Shown: positions 38,442-49,074, counted from the first letter of the stretch. The stretch: 64,000 bases of DNA from Pseudoflavonifractor capillosus (GCF_016899775.1 NZ_JACJJE010000007.1:23256-87255); one strand, 5' to 3'. The notes: generated by a model not told the origin, from the letters alone. Made by a program: numbers and translations.

Positions 38442-38755
38442 CCCTGCACTTCCTTCAGCAAGATTTTCTTCTCAAATCCGCCCCGTTTGGCCGCTTTCTC
38501 TACCCGTACCTGCTCCAGTTCTTCCAATGTCCAGCCGCGGGCCTTTACGACAGCCTGCATGACCTCCAGAAGGTCGGCCAGTTCCTCCAGAGATTTGCTC
38601 TCCTGATACTCAGCCAGCTCCTCGTTCAGCTTCTGGTCCAGAAGGGAAAGATAGTCCTCGTCGGAAAGTTTTTCACAGACATATTTTTTCCCATCTGCTT
38701 CGATAATTTCCGGAATGCGATCCCGCACCAGTTTGTAATAGGCTTTAGTAGGCAT
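38438..38755 (-). CDS. MazG-like / HisE-like all-alpha nucleoside triphosphate pyrophosphohydrolase
   Basis: 105 aa; YKLVRDRIPEIIE...EELADLLEVMQAV is the MazG/NTP-PPase signature. Confidence 0.65.
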   Translation of the reverse strand: MPTKAYYKLVRDRIPEIIEADGKKYVCEKLSDEDYLSLLDQKLNEELAEYQESKSLEELADLLEVMQAVVKARGWTLEELEQVRVEKAAKRGGFEKKILLKEVQG

Positions 38756-39128
38756 CCTTTAGTCTCCTCAAAATCTCCTTATCCGCAGGGCAAAATGCGT
38801 ACTGATCAATTTCATCCACCGTAATCCAACGGATGTCATTATGCTCCAATTTCTGGGGGGTACCCTCACGGATGGTCGAATGAAACAGCGTCAGGTGAAC
38901 CGTTAGATCGGGGTATTCGTGAACCACATCCATGAACACCTCGCCCACATCCAGCGTGACTGCCAATTCTTCCTGACATTCCCGAATGAGCGCCTGCTCT
39001 TTTGTTTCTCCGGGCTCCACCTTACCTCCAACGAACTCCCAGAGAAGACCACGGGCCTTGTGTGCCGGGCGCTGGCAAATCATAAACTTGTCCTGATCCC
39101 AGATGAGGGCTGCTACTACTTCAGTCAT
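38745..39128 (-). CDS. NUDIX hydrolase (MutT-like (d)NTP pyrophosphohydrolase)
   Basis: Nudix box GGKVEPGETKEQALIRECQEELAV. Confidence 0.7.
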   Translation of the reverse strand: MTEVVAALIWDQDKFMICQRPAHKARGLLWEFVGGKVEPGETKEQALIRECQEELAVTLDVGEVFMDVVHEYPDLTVHLTLFHSTIREGTPQKLEHNDIRWITVDEIDQYAFCPADKEILRRLKDAY

Positions 39129-42100
39129 TTATCCCACCACCAATTTATTTGTTTTCTTCAAAAACTTCGCCGGAATTGGCCGGTCCAGCTTCCATGTGAT
39201 ATTCATGGGCCTACTCCCGTCATGCTTCACATAGTTTGCCGTTCCCAGGAAGGTATAGGCCGCGGCGCCTCCTGTGATCCGGTCCGCCTTGAATTCCCGA
39301 ACAAACAGCAGCACCTTGCTCCCTCGCTTCTGGTGATGGATATACCGCTGGCCGGTGGGAGAGTCCGCCGCCGTGGTGCTCTGGCTCTGCCAGTGGAACA
39401 GGTTTTCATTGATAGAATAATCGTGATACATGGTGGTGGGCGAATAGTCTTTATCTGCCTTATTCAGTGTCACAAAGAACACATCCAGTTGCTTTTCCGG
39501 CAACCACTTGACTCCCTCGCGTACTGTCGCCGGTTTCAAAAAATCCATCGCCACCAGTAGCTGATCCCGGGTATAGGTGCAGTGGAGGTCCAGTGGGCAG
39601 TCAAAACCCAGTTCCACTGGCTCGTCAATAAAATCAATCTGCTCGTATCGGTAGCGGAGCAGGTCCAGAAGCTCACCCAGCAGCACCGGGCTGTCTGAGA
39701 GGGCATACAGGTTGTCCAGCATCTCATCGGATGCCCAGCTCTCCGCCGCCTTGCTCCAAACAGTCACATAGAACATCTGGAGCATCCGCTGCTCCAGCTC
39801 GCCCATTGCCGCAAAGTCCACATCGTCCAGACGGAGCAGCAGGTCCAACAAAAAGTGAATCCAGCGCCGGGAGTCCACAACGGCCAACCGACCAAGGGCT
39901 TTTGTGAGCACCTCCTCCAGCGGTTCCCTGAAATCCGCAATCATATCCGCCCGGGCACAGATACGGGAGAAAGAAGAAAACTTGTAAATTGCCCTGGGGT
40001 CCAAGTGGTAATAGTCCAGGAAATTTGCCAGGGTCAGTTCCAAACCGCTATCTTCCGCAAAACTGGCCACTCGAGCCACCAAACCGGCGGTATTGCCATA
40101 GGAGGCGCGAATGTTATCCAGAATGTATTTGGCAGCCTTTTTCTCCAACTGTATGTAGCAGCCCTTAGGTGCGGAGACAAATCCGTCCTTGATCTCCCGT
40201 GTCACGCTGCGGGTAGTGTTAGACAGTAGGGCGGCAAACTTATCCTCAAAATTATACTTTTTATTGGCCTGGCCGATGAAGTCCAGCACCGTCAGGCACT
40301 CCTTATCCTCCGCAAGCCGCAGGCCACGGCCCAGCTGCTGGAGGAAGATGGTCAGGGACTCGGTGGGACGTAGGAACAGCACGGTGTTGACCTCAGGAAT
40401 GTCAACACCCTCGTTGTAGATGTCCACCACGAAGATGAAACGAATCTCGCCACTCACCAGCCGCCCTTTGGCGGCTTTTCTCTCCTCATCGGAGGATTTT
40501 CCAGTTAGAAAGATGGACGGAATCCCGTGATCGTTGAAATAGTGACACATAAACTCCGCATGCTCGATAGAAACACAGAAGCCCAGGCCCTTTACCTCAT
40601 CGATGTCGGTCACATACTTCAAGAGCGAGGACACCACCAGATCGGCGCGGCGATTGGCCACAGCTCCGCTGAGAGTGTATAGATTGGAAAGCTCTCCCTT
40701 ATCGTAGCCGCCGGCGCTCCACTTCAATGTGTTCAGATCCACTGTGTCGGTGACACCGAAATACTGGAAGGGACACAGCAACTTGCGGTCAATGGCTTCC
40801 GGCAGGCGAATTTCCGCGGCAATCCGGTTGTTGAAGTAGGGCAGTACACTTTTGCCGTCCATACGCTCTGGGGTAGCAGTCAGGCCCAGGAGAATTTGGG
40901 GCTGATAGTAGGACAGTAGCTTCTGATAGGTAGGCGCTGCCGCATGGTGGAACTCGTCTACAACGATGTAGTCATAAAAGTCCGGGGCAGTCTTGGCGGT
41001 GAAATCCTGAGAGTTGAAGGTCTGAATAGAAAGAAACAGGTGGTCGATACCCTCTGGACGGTAATTACCCACGAACAGCTCTCCAAAATTGGCGTCCTTC
41101 AGAACGGCTCGGAAGGTGTACAAGCTCTGTCGCAGGATCTCCTCCCGGTGAGCCACAAAGAGCAGCCGGCAGGGCTTTCCGGGGTGTTGCTTGCAAAAGC
41201 GCTTATAGTCCAGAGTGGAGATCACCGTCTTGCCAGTACCGGTGGCGGCCACCACCAGGTTGCGGGTATAGCCTCGAACGGTACGCTCCGCCTCCAGCTT
41301 GTCCAGAATTTCCTGCTGGTAGGAGTAGGGCGCGATATCCATGGTGTAGACTTCGGCGTTATTGGAATCGAAGTATTTTTCCGCCTTTAGTGCCCGGGCC
41401 AGCCGCTCCTTTTGATCCTCGGAGTAATACTCAAACTCGCTGGAATTCCAGTAGCTCCCGAAGGTGGCGGCAATCTTGTCGATGGTCTCCGGCAAATCCC
41501 TGCGGGTAACCTTCATATTCCATTCCAGACCGCTGGAGATGGCGGCGTTGGACAGGTTGGAGGAGCCTACATAGGCGGTGGTGAAGCCGGTATCCCGGTA
41601 GAAGACATAGGTCTTGGCGTGGAGCCGGGTGCGCTTGGTGTCGTAACTGACCTTGATTCTGGTGTTCGGTAATGTCCGGAGCTCCTCAATCGCCTTCACA
41701 TCGGTAGCTCCCATGTAGGAGGTGGTAATGATCCGCAGTTCTCCTCCGTTTTGGGTAAACTCCCGCAACTCATCCATCAGGAGGCGCAGGCCGCTCCATT
41801 TGATGAAGGACACCAGCATATCGATGCGGTCGGCGGAGACAATCTCCTTTTTCAACTCTGTGTACATCTGTGGCTCATGAATGGCCCCGGTAAACAGGCT
41901 GCTCTGGGCGATGGAGGTTTCCGGCCGGATCAGGTCGGCAGCCGTTTTGCCTACGGCCAGCCGGGGGTCCTGCTCCCGTAAAAGCGCAAGAAGCTGCTCT
42001 GCCCGCTGATCAACACTCAGCGTGGCAAAGTCAGCTTCTTGGGTTGTGTTCTGAATAAGGTCTACGATTTTATTGGCAAGACTGATCTGCGTGGAGATAT

Positions 42101-42284
42101 CTCCACCGTTGTCCAGTACGTTGTCCAGGCCCTTCTGTACCACATCCGCCAGATACTGCGCCAGTACTTTCGATGCCTCTGCCTTGTCAATGGGCGCAAC
42201 CGATTTGCGGGCGTCGGGAATCTCCGAAAGCTCGCGGTTCAGAGCGGTATTGATGACTTGTTCGTAAAGACCAGGTTGCAACAT
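39129..42284 (-). CDS. PLD-family nuclease + SF2 helicase (ResIII/Helicase_C) + C-terminal DUF3427 protein
   Basis: HKD motif RLHAKTYVF...GSSNLS; helicase motifs ATGTGKT, VVDEFHH, TATP. Long C-terminal domain. Probable start MLQPG at 42284 (the ORF extends to 42377). Confidence 0.65.
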   Translation of the reverse strand: MLQPGLYEQVINTALNRELSEIPDARKSVAPIDKAEASKVLAQYLADVVQKGLDNVLDNGGDISTQISLANKIVDLIQNTTQEADFATLSVDQRAEQLLALLREQDPRLAVGKTAADLIRPETSIAQSSLFTGAIHEPQMYTELKKEIVSADRIDMLVSFIKWSGLRLLMDELREFTQNGGELRIITTSYMGATDVKAIEELRTLPNTRIKVSYDTKRTRLHAKTYVFYRDTGFTTAYVGSSNLSNAAISSGLEWNMKVTRRDLPETIDKIAATFGSYWNSSEFEYYSEDQKERLARALKAEKYFDSNNAEVYTMDIAPYSYQQEILDKLEAERTVRGYTRNLVVAATGTGKTVISTLDYKRFCKQHPGKPCRLLFVAHREEILRQSLYTFRAVLKDANFGELFVGNYRPEGIDHLFLSIQTFNSQDFTAKTAPDFYDYIVVDEFHHAAAPTYQKLLSYYQPQILLGLTATPERMDGKSVLPYFNNRIAAEIRLPEAIDRKLLCPFQYFGVTDTVDLNTLKWSAGGYDKGELSNLYTLSGAVANRRADLVVSSLLKYVTDIDEVKGLGFCVSIEHAEFMCHYFNDHGIPSIFLTGKSSDEERKAAKGRLVSGEIRFIFVVDIYNEGVDIPEVNTVLFLRPTESLTIFLQQLGRGLRLAEDKECLTVLDFIGQANKKYNFEDKFAALLSNTTRSVTREIKDGFVSAPKGCYIQLEKKAAKYILDNIRASYGNTAGLVARVASFAEDSGLELTLANFLDYYHLDPRAIYKFSSFSRICARADMIADFREPLEEVLTKALGRLAVVDSRRWIHFLLDLLLRLDDVDFAAMGELEQRMLQMFYVTVWSKAAESWASDEMLDNLYALSDSPVLLGELLDLLRYRYEQIDFIDEPVELGFDCPLDLHCTYTRDQLLVAMDFLKPATVREGVKWLPEKQLDVFFVTLNKADKDYSPTTMYHDYSINENLFHWQSQSTTAADSPTGQRYIHHQKRGSKVLLFVREFKADRITGGAAAYTFLGTANYVKHDGSRPMNITWKLDRPIPAKFLKKTNKLVVG

Positions 42285-42391
42285 ATCAGTCACTCTTTCT
42301 ACGTGGTTATAGATAAAAAAATAGTGGCATATTTTGTATCCAGTATACCTGTATTTCCAGCATTCTACAAGCATCAATCACTCAGCACACC

Positions 42392-44947
42392 TTATGCGTC
42401 AAACAGGTATTCTTCCAACCCTTCTGCTAAGTGCAACGGGAGAGGGAGGACAAGCGACTGATTATATTGGATCGGAATATGGCGCAATGCGTTTGTATAA
42501 AAGACCCAATTTTCCGCTGTGTCACCTGGCTGCAGTTGCAGAGGGTACAGCTCAATCATGTCTTTTTCAGCAAACCGCTGCTTAGGATAATCAATTCTCG
42601 AAGCCTTGAAGCTACTTGTGTATTGGGGGTCATTGGGTTTCACATGGATACCCCAATATACATCACCGTATTGGAATATACCGGAGGAAGAAGTTAATTG
42701 CAGTCGTTCCTCAGTGGATTTTTTACTAAGATCTGTGTAATAGTCGGGGACTTCCTGATTGCTTCGAATTCGTATGATCCTCACTCCGGAATCCAGTAGA
42801 GACATTTTATACGGGCTTTTCGGCATTCCAACATTGATTTCCGTGGGGCAGTATGACTCTATCACATCATAGCATCCAATTTCTTTATCAGAAATTCCGC
42901 TCCACACCGCACGTGTAGTCCCATCGGATTGCACAACCAACAAAACGCTGTCCTCTTTGCTATAAAAATGATTTTTTAGTTCAATCAGCTTTTGCTTTGC
43001 AGGTACACGACTTGCTTCAACGCAACGTTGTTCCAGATTACTGTCCCAAAAAAGTTTGGCCATTTCCAGACAGGCTTCTCTATAAGAAACACCTCTTTTG
43101 GAAAAAGCATCACAATAAACTCTTGTTTTCCCTTCAGGGATATTCACGGTGACACACAGAGGGAGAAACCGTGCTTTATTGGCAATACCATGAACCTGTG
43201 TGCAAAGATGCATCCCAACACAAGGGGTATTGGCCAGCGGTGGGAGCTCCTTGCTCGGATTCAGCAAAGTAACAACCCCCAGCTGACGATAGAGGTCATA
43301 TACGGCATTTTGAATTTTGCTGTACCCTTCATTTTCTTCTGGAGTTATAAATTGTACCACACGGCCTGTCTGGGCAAACGCATTCCGAATCACCCGCTTG
43401 GGATCCCCTCCTTTGGAATACTGATCCTGGCCGGGTAAGACAAACATACACGCAGTTACAACATCAGTTTTACCAATCGTGGCTGCCATCTCATCGCAAT
43501 ATCGGATTTTCGTTTCTTTTCTATCATCTGGCATGGCGTCGGTCAAGTTTCCAACCTCTTTACATATACAGCAAATTTGCAGGCAGGATGTCGGAGTATT
43601 GGGGCCAAAGTCCTGTTCAATCTTGTCTTGGATTTGACGCAACAGCTCTTGCTGCACAGGATCTTGCCACATGCCATAAATTTCAAAATTGATTTCGTCT
43701 GTCTCAACGCACTTCTTCACCCACTGGCGAAATTCTTCTGAACTCGAATATTCCTGTGGATTACGAAGACATGAAAAATTTTGTCCCCTACGGGAGATAC
43801 GCGTTGCCTCGGGCTGCTCCAATACCATATCGCAATCTTGCAGCAGACCAAAGATCGATTGGTGCAGGGAAGCCTTATCCACCACCGAAACGCCGGTTCC
43901 AATTTTGGATTCCTTTATTCCCCACATACCATTTTTATAAGGGAGGAGAATATGGGCGGCATATGCTGGTGGATCCATCATAACATCTTCGGCAGACGGC
44001 AACGCCTCATATCCCCAAATGTTATAACATTCCTTATCCTGTTTCTTCCAGTCTACCTTTTTAGAGGTGTAGTTGTACGCAATCTGAACCTGACAGTATT
44101 TGTCTTCCCCAACTTTAATATGAGCATTGATATTTTCTTTCAAAATTGGTGCACGATCTTTTTTCAAAGCATCAGGGACCCATCGCCGAATACTCATTTG
44201 GCATAAAAGTAGAGCCTTTCTCTGCGGAGGAGTGGTTTGCACAGAAAAATCGAACACAAAAGAATATTGATGCTGACTATTCGGATCGGACAGCGGACGG
44301 CTGATCAGCTGATTTTTGGTAGCGCAGCATAGCCGGAGCGCTTGACCATGCAGAATAATCTCTTTCCCCAGCAAGTGATTGATTGCCAAAAGCGGAACCG
44401 CTTGATACGCTTCTTCACTCACAGTGCCATTTTCAAAGGTGAGGCAGACTGTTGCGCTGCTTTGAAGTGGTAAAAATGCATCCGGTTTGATTTCTTTGCA
44501 AAAATCAGAGGCCAATTTTTTGACCAGTAAAGCCATTGGAGAAGCACGGAACGATGTCACATAAGTTCCTTTCACCCAAACCTTAATCAGTTCGCAAAGA
44601 GCTTGTATATCTTTCTCAGAATAGGGGGAGCAGGAAGTCAGCCACCGATCATCAATGCTGCCTTTTTTTAGTGGCGCCAAGGCAATAACACCCTCCATCC
44701 AGCTTTCTACCAGTTTTTTTAACGCATTTGTGGGAAGGCCATATTCATCCTTGAAACGCGGGTTATTTTTGCGCGCTATCTCCAGCAACGCCTCTTTCCA
44801 GTGTTCTGGAAACCCAAGGTAATAAAGGGTACAGCTTTGACTTGGAGCAAGTGTATATGCCAAAGGATAAATTTTATTGTTCATAGGATATATCCTTTCT
44901 GTAAGCTTGATAGAAGGGGGCATAAAGTGTTTTAGCAATTTCTGCAC
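42392..44947 (-). CDS. large uncharacterised protein, candidate pPIWI-RE-like (PIWI/RNase-H-fold) partner of helicase and nuclease
   Basis: 851 aa, last gene of the three-gene operon. No clear catalytic tetrad seen by eye. Alternative starts at 44923 and 44884. Confidence 0.3.
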   Translation of the reverse strand: MQKLLKHFMPPSIKLTERIYPMNNKIYPLAYTLAPSQSCTLYYLGFPEHWKEALLEIARKNNPRFKDEYGLPTNALKKLVESWMEGVIALAPLKKGSIDDRWLTSCSPYSEKDIQALCELIKVWVKGTYVTSFRASPMALLVKKLASDFCKEIKPDAFLPLQSSATVCLTFENGTVSEEAYQAVPLLAINHLLGKEIILHGQALRLCCATKNQLISRPLSDPNSQHQYSFVFDFSVQTTPPQRKALLLCQMSIRRWVPDALKKDRAPILKENINAHIKVGEDKYCQVQIAYNYTSKKVDWKKQDKECYNIWGYEALPSAEDVMMDPPAYAAHILLPYKNGMWGIKESKIGTGVSVVDKASLHQSIFGLLQDCDMVLEQPEATRISRRGQNFSCLRNPQEYSSSEEFRQWVKKCVETDEINFEIYGMWQDPVQQELLRQIQDKIEQDFGPNTPTSCLQICCICKEVGNLTDAMPDDRKETKIRYCDEMAATIGKTDVVTACMFVLPGQDQYSKGGDPKRVIRNAFAQTGRVVQFITPEENEGYSKIQNAVYDLYRQLGVVTLLNPSKELPPLANTPCVGMHLCTQVHGIANKARFLPLCVTVNIPEGKTRVYCDAFSKRGVSYREACLEMAKLFWDSNLEQRCVEASRVPAKQKLIELKNHFYSKEDSVLLVVQSDGTTRAVWSGISDKEIGCYDVIESYCPTEINVGMPKSPYKMSLLDSGVRIIRIRSNQEVPDYYTDLSKKSTEERLQLTSSSGIFQYGDVYWGIHVKPNDPQYTSSFKASRIDYPKQRFAEKDMIELYPLQLQPGDTAENWVFYTNALRHIPIQYNQSLVLPLPLHLAEGLEEYLFDA

Positions 44948-47900
44948 TTCCTTTTTGTGTCATCAGTTCTTCCAGGTACTGACCCAGTTCAGAAAGGCAG
45001 TCAAAATCCTCTGCTTTTTCAGGGCGGCGGCGAAATGCACCGTCAATAAAGTAGACATGCGGCGCAGGTCTGCTTACATCCGTAACGCGTGCCAATCGAC
45101 CGAAAATCTGCAAAATCAGTACGAAAAGGGTAGCGACTACATCTTTTCTCTCGTCCTCACTCAGTTCTGCAATGCCAAATGCCTTAGTCTTACTCATTTT
45201 GTTCCATTGCCGTGCAGCAAACTGGCGAATTCGTGCATTATATGCAAACAGAGATTCTTGAGGTTCTCGTTTACAATGGGATTCTACGAGTCCGTTCAGT
45301 TTACTGCCCTTCTGCTGAATATCGTCCGGAACAGCCATGGGCCGAACCATGAAAAACACGGCCGAAAGTGCAGAATGTCCATATTCATCTACAATGTTGT
45401 GTCCACGCTCAATTGCCATTGCAGGCGCAATTAAGATATCTGCATTCAACTGCGCAAAGCGACTGACCTCTCCACGCCGGACGGTGTCTTCGCCGCTGGG
45501 AGCATTAATAGCATCGGCAATCATACGACAAGTACGTGCCGAACAGTTTGCTTTTCGTAAAGCGGTTTCCAGTGTCTGCTGTACTTCCAACGCCTGTGCA
45601 TAACTATTGACAACCAGCAAAATTTTCCCGGCCTTGCGTTTATATTCGCTGATAATCAAGTCAACGGCCTTTTGCGTAGCAGCACGCAATTGTGCCACTC
45701 TCTGATCATCTCCAGCACCGGAGATGCGTTCAAGAAAACCGGACTCAAAGAAGCGCGTTTTTTCCAAGAACACTCTTTTTTCGGCATCTGCTTCCAAAAT
45801 GTAGTTCACAGGCCTATTGACATGGTACTCATAAGAACCTTCTGCCCAGCTGGAACCGGACAAGAGGATCACATGGGGACCGGCAGGATTTCCATGTTGA
45901 TCCGTCCTTAAATAGGGCAAGTCCTTCATCAGGCTTCTTCCAAAGGCAAATTGGCGGAACAAAATGATATCTTCCTCATCCGTTTTCTTCAGCCCAAACA
46001 AGTTGCCGCACAACGCAGAGGGAAGAAAATGCTGTTGCTGCCGGAAACGAGTTTGCAAAAAACCAAACAGCTCATTCTGCCCATAGGAAGTCTCATGACT
46101 GGCCTCATACGCATCACTCAGCCCACGAATAAAGTGGTCGAAGTAAATTAATCGCAAAATCAGTTTGATCCGGGCATCCTGGATCTTCCTCGCTTTATTT
46201 TTCTCAGGTCGTGGGAAAGTCTCACCGAGTTCCGTCAACCACAATTGATACATCCGATCAAAGAAAAACTCATCAGTACTCTTGCAGGAACTGTCCAGTA
46301 CCGCCCACAAGGTGCTTTGCCGAATTCTCTCCTCGTCCTGCATATCAATCAAGTTATAAATTGCCTGATAAACGGCATGCGGAATCTTAAATTCCGTTTC
46401 TGTCTGATATAGATCATCCAACAAAGTGAGGGCAGAAAACGGATCACCATACGTGATTTTTCTCCATGCTCCCAGTTCATGGTGCAGGGACTTTACAATG
46501 CAGCTTAGTACCGTAACACTTTGGCGTTGCATCTCATCATATCGCTGTGCAGCTAAATTCTCTTCCCGATGCTTACTACTTAATTTCATATATGCACTGC
46601 AGTCTTCGGCGCACTCGCGAATATAGTTATTAAAGCTGGTTTCCGGCATGAAGAAATGATCCAGTGTTTTCTGAACCCGGTCACTTTCGTCAAACACAAC
46701 CAAGTCAAAATCACGCATTGCCAATTCCAGAAAAGTTTCCCGTGCAGTACCGACCCGCGACGCTGCAAAGCCTGCAACTGTTGTGACTACCACCGAAGCC
46801 GTATAACAGTCTCGAAGCATTTTTGTTCCTGAACACTGCTCAAAATATGGGCAAAGATAATGCTGATTGCCTTTTTTGAGCGAATAGCATGGCTCTTTAC
46901 CAAAGACAATCGCTGCATCATGTTGTTCATCCATTCCATCAATCAGACAAGCAGGCGTTAAGTATTGAGAATATGAAGCAGACAAACAAATTTCATCTGG
47001 TTGTGAGACTTGGTTGATATATTTCATCCTCTCGCTGCGGCCAATCAGATGACTTGCCGCAACTCCGAGGGAGGATAAATATTTTTGCAAGCTTAACGTC
47101 TCAGCGACCGTGTCGACAACCACAGCCATACGCAGACCATGTTGATGGAACCAGAAGGACAACACCTTGATCAATGTTGATTTACCTGCACCCACCATAC
47201 CTACCATGTTGACCACTTCACGGATTGTAAGTTCCGAACATGGTTGAACAGTGAAGCCGTTAACTTCCTTCAGAATATTTGTCTTAAGAATTGTGAAGCA
47301 AGGATCTCCTGGGCATATTTCAGCCATCTTTTCCGCAGTACTCAACAGCTCTTTAATGGAAATTGTGATAGGGGGTCGGCAATTTTTTTCAACTGGCATC
47401 GACGATGCAGTATCTACTCCTGCACAATTCAGTTTGACACGAACAGTTTCGGAATCCCCACTTTCAAAACTGTACATATAGCGGTAGGTTCCACTTTCCG
47501 CATAAGTGGGCGCCTTTAAATCTTCAACGCGCTCCGGCCAAAAGCGTACCCATTCCTTTGCTCGTTCTTCATACGGATATGGATATGGCCCGATTGCTTT
47601 CGAGAAAGATCGTTTCTCATCCACTTGTTGAATGGAAAATGCGCGAACTGCATCGTAACGCTTCTTTCGATATTCTCGCAAGTCATCCTGCCAATACTTT
47701 TGAGAGCGATAATATCCGAGTTTGGATCGAGCCTGCTGCAGCGTGTGTTCTATATCAGAACATTGAGTTGTGCCAATCAGTTGATACTGCGTAAATAAAA
47801 GATATGCTTTTGTCGGATCGGCATCCGGTGCGGTTAAACTCAGTAAATATAAAACTGCCTCAATAGCCGCAAAGCGAGACAGTGGCATGGCTTCTTCGAT

Positions 47901-47957
47901 GAGCTGAAACTGAGCAGAAAGAGGTGCATACCAGGTATTCCGATCATTATTCTTCAT
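44874..47957 (-). CDS. DinG/Rad3-like SF2 helicase with Fe-S-type cysteine cluster (1027 aa)
   Basis: Walker A VGMVGAGKST and Walker B DLVVFDESD. Four cysteines (C...C...CPYFEQC) lie between them, as in XPD/DinG helicases. Overlaps the upstream gene by 11 nt. Confidence 0.5.
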   Translation of the reverse strand: MKNNDRNTWYAPLSAQFQLIEEAMPLSRFAAIEAVLYLLSLTAPDADPTKAYLLFTQYQLIGTTQCSDIEHTLQQARSKLGYYRSQKYWQDDLREYRKKRYDAVRAFSIQQVDEKRSFSKAIGPYPYPYEERAKEWVRFWPERVEDLKAPTYAESGTYRYMYSFESGDSETVRVKLNCAGVDTASSMPVEKNCRPPITISIKELLSTAEKMAEICPGDPCFTILKTNILKEVNGFTVQPCSELTIREVVNMVGMVGAGKSTLIKVLSFWFHQHGLRMAVVVDTVAETLSLQKYLSSLGVAASHLIGRSERMKYINQVSQPDEICLSASYSQYLTPACLIDGMDEQHDAAIVFGKEPCYSLKKGNQHYLCPYFEQCSGTKMLRDCYTASVVVTTVAGFAASRVGTARETFLELAMRDFDLVVFDESDRVQKTLDHFFMPETSFNNYIRECAEDCSAYMKLSSKHREENLAAQRYDEMQRQSVTVLSCIVKSLHHELGAWRKITYGDPFSALTLLDDLYQTETEFKIPHAVYQAIYNLIDMQDEERIRQSTLWAVLDSSCKSTDEFFFDRMYQLWLTELGETFPRPEKNKARKIQDARIKLILRLIYFDHFIRGLSDAYEASHETSYGQNELFGFLQTRFRQQQHFLPSALCGNLFGLKKTDEEDIILFRQFAFGRSLMKDLPYLRTDQHGNPAGPHVILLSGSSWAEGSYEYHVNRPVNYILEADAEKRVFLEKTRFFESGFLERISGAGDDQRVAQLRAATQKAVDLIISEYKRKAGKILLVVNSYAQALEVQQTLETALRKANCSARTCRMIADAINAPSGEDTVRRGEVSRFAQLNADILIAPAMAIERGHNIVDEYGHSALSAVFFMVRPMAVPDDIQQKGSKLNGLVESHCKREPQESLFAYNARIRQFAARQWNKMSKTKAFGIAELSEDERKDVVATLFVLILQIFGRLARVTDVSRPAPHVYFIDGAFRRRPEKAEDFDCLSELGQYLEELMTQKGSAEIAKTLYAPFYQAYRKDISYEQ

Positions 47958-49074
47958 GGCACGCAGCCTCCTTTTTACTGATTTCAGACTTTAAGGCCCT
48001 CAATGTCACACACATTACATTTTCCTGGTTCTTCAAAGCGCGGTTGATAATCGTAGTGTAGTTTTTCTGATTTGCCGTGTATTCATTGGGAATTACATAA
48101 TATCCTCTCGCATAATCCCCTGTAGGGAAGCCATTGTCGTTCAGAATTTTTGTTCGCAGCGCAATTGGATTTCGATACGCTTTCGCATCAATTTCCCACA
48201 CCTCTCCATCAGAAAATTGAATCTCTACATCATATCGATCCAGTTGAGGCCACAGCACCCAGTGAATGTTTTTCTTTTGGCAGAACGCAACGATATCAAG
48301 TTCCAGTTTGCCAGGCGCTGCAAAGTACCGCATGATACCTTTTTTCAAACGATAAAGCCCGCCACCAGAAGCATCCAGTTTCATATCATCGGTCAGATTT
48401 GGGATTGTGTCCACACAGTGAGATGAATGACAGATATATCCGTACTTCCCATATGTCATGGTCCATCCACAGCAGGGACATCGATAACTGTCCTCCCAAA
48501 TTTCTTCATACGCAAATTGAAATGCCTCCATAGCAGCTGGATCATCAGCCAATTCCAATGACATGGCTCGTCGCTCATCAATAGATATGATTGGATGCTC
48601 AATGATGTATCTTCTGATCCGACAGTAAATTTCTTGCCCTAAAACAATGATTTTCTCATAAAGGACACGTTCGTCGGTTCCGTCCATGATATCATTGTCC
48701 TGGGATTCCAAATACTCATAGCATTCAGAACTGGGACTATACAAATTTCCACTCCGTTGATACGCTAACGCCCCATAACTATAAAATGGCTCTTCTTTTA
48801 AGTTTAAAGAATCGATTCCATTGGGATCCCATTTATCAAACCATTCAAAAACAGGCTTGGTAATAAAAAATTTCAGGAACGCAGCCTCGTCCGCATATTG
48901 TGTTATATCCTGCATGCCACCAATTTGATGGCTTGCAGCTAAAAACATATTTATGCCATGCTGCAATGCTTTACTGTAAGGATACCGTGTAGGTTCTTTT
49001 TGTAAAAGCTGCTCCTTCTCCACTAATCCTTTCGCAATTAGCGCAAATGTTTTCCGCAAAAATATCGCATCCAT
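47947..49074 (-). CDS. Zn-finger + PD-(D/E)xK (REase-fold) nuclease candidate
   Basis: CPCCGWTMTYGKYGYICHSSHC zinc ribbon. C-terminal DIVAF...DVEIQFSDGEVWEIDAKAY (D..E.K pattern). RBS GGAGG before MDAIF at 49074. Confidence 0.45.
   Translation of the reverse strand: MDAIFLRKTFALIAKGLVEKEQLLQKEPTRYPYSKALQHGINMFLAASHQIGGMQDITQYADEAAFLKFFITKPVFEWFDKWDPNGIDSLNLKEEPFYSYGALAYQRSGNLYSPSSECYEYLESQDNDIMDGTDERVLYEKIIVLGQEIYCRIRRYIIEHPIISIDERRAMSLELADDPAAMEAFQFAYEEIWEDSYRCPCCGWTMTYGKYGYICHSSHCVDTIPNLTDDMKLDASGGGLYRLKKGIMRYFAAPGKLELDIVAFCQKKNIHWVLWPQLDRYDVEIQFSDGEVWEIDAKAYRNPIALRTKILNDNGFPTGDYARGYYVIPNEYTANQKNYTTIINRALKNQENVMCVTLRALKSEISKKEAACHEE

Noticed and set aside
39129-42377. Assignment of the PLD/REase-helicase-DUF3427 proteins to a named system (Mokosh, Hachiman, DISARM, Nhi)
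   Set aside because: The domain sets do not match: Mokosh uses a COG1112 SF1 helicase with PLD; Hachiman needs DUF1837 HamA; DISARM needs DUF1998 and a methylase; Nhi is a single protein. Only the generic architecture is reported.
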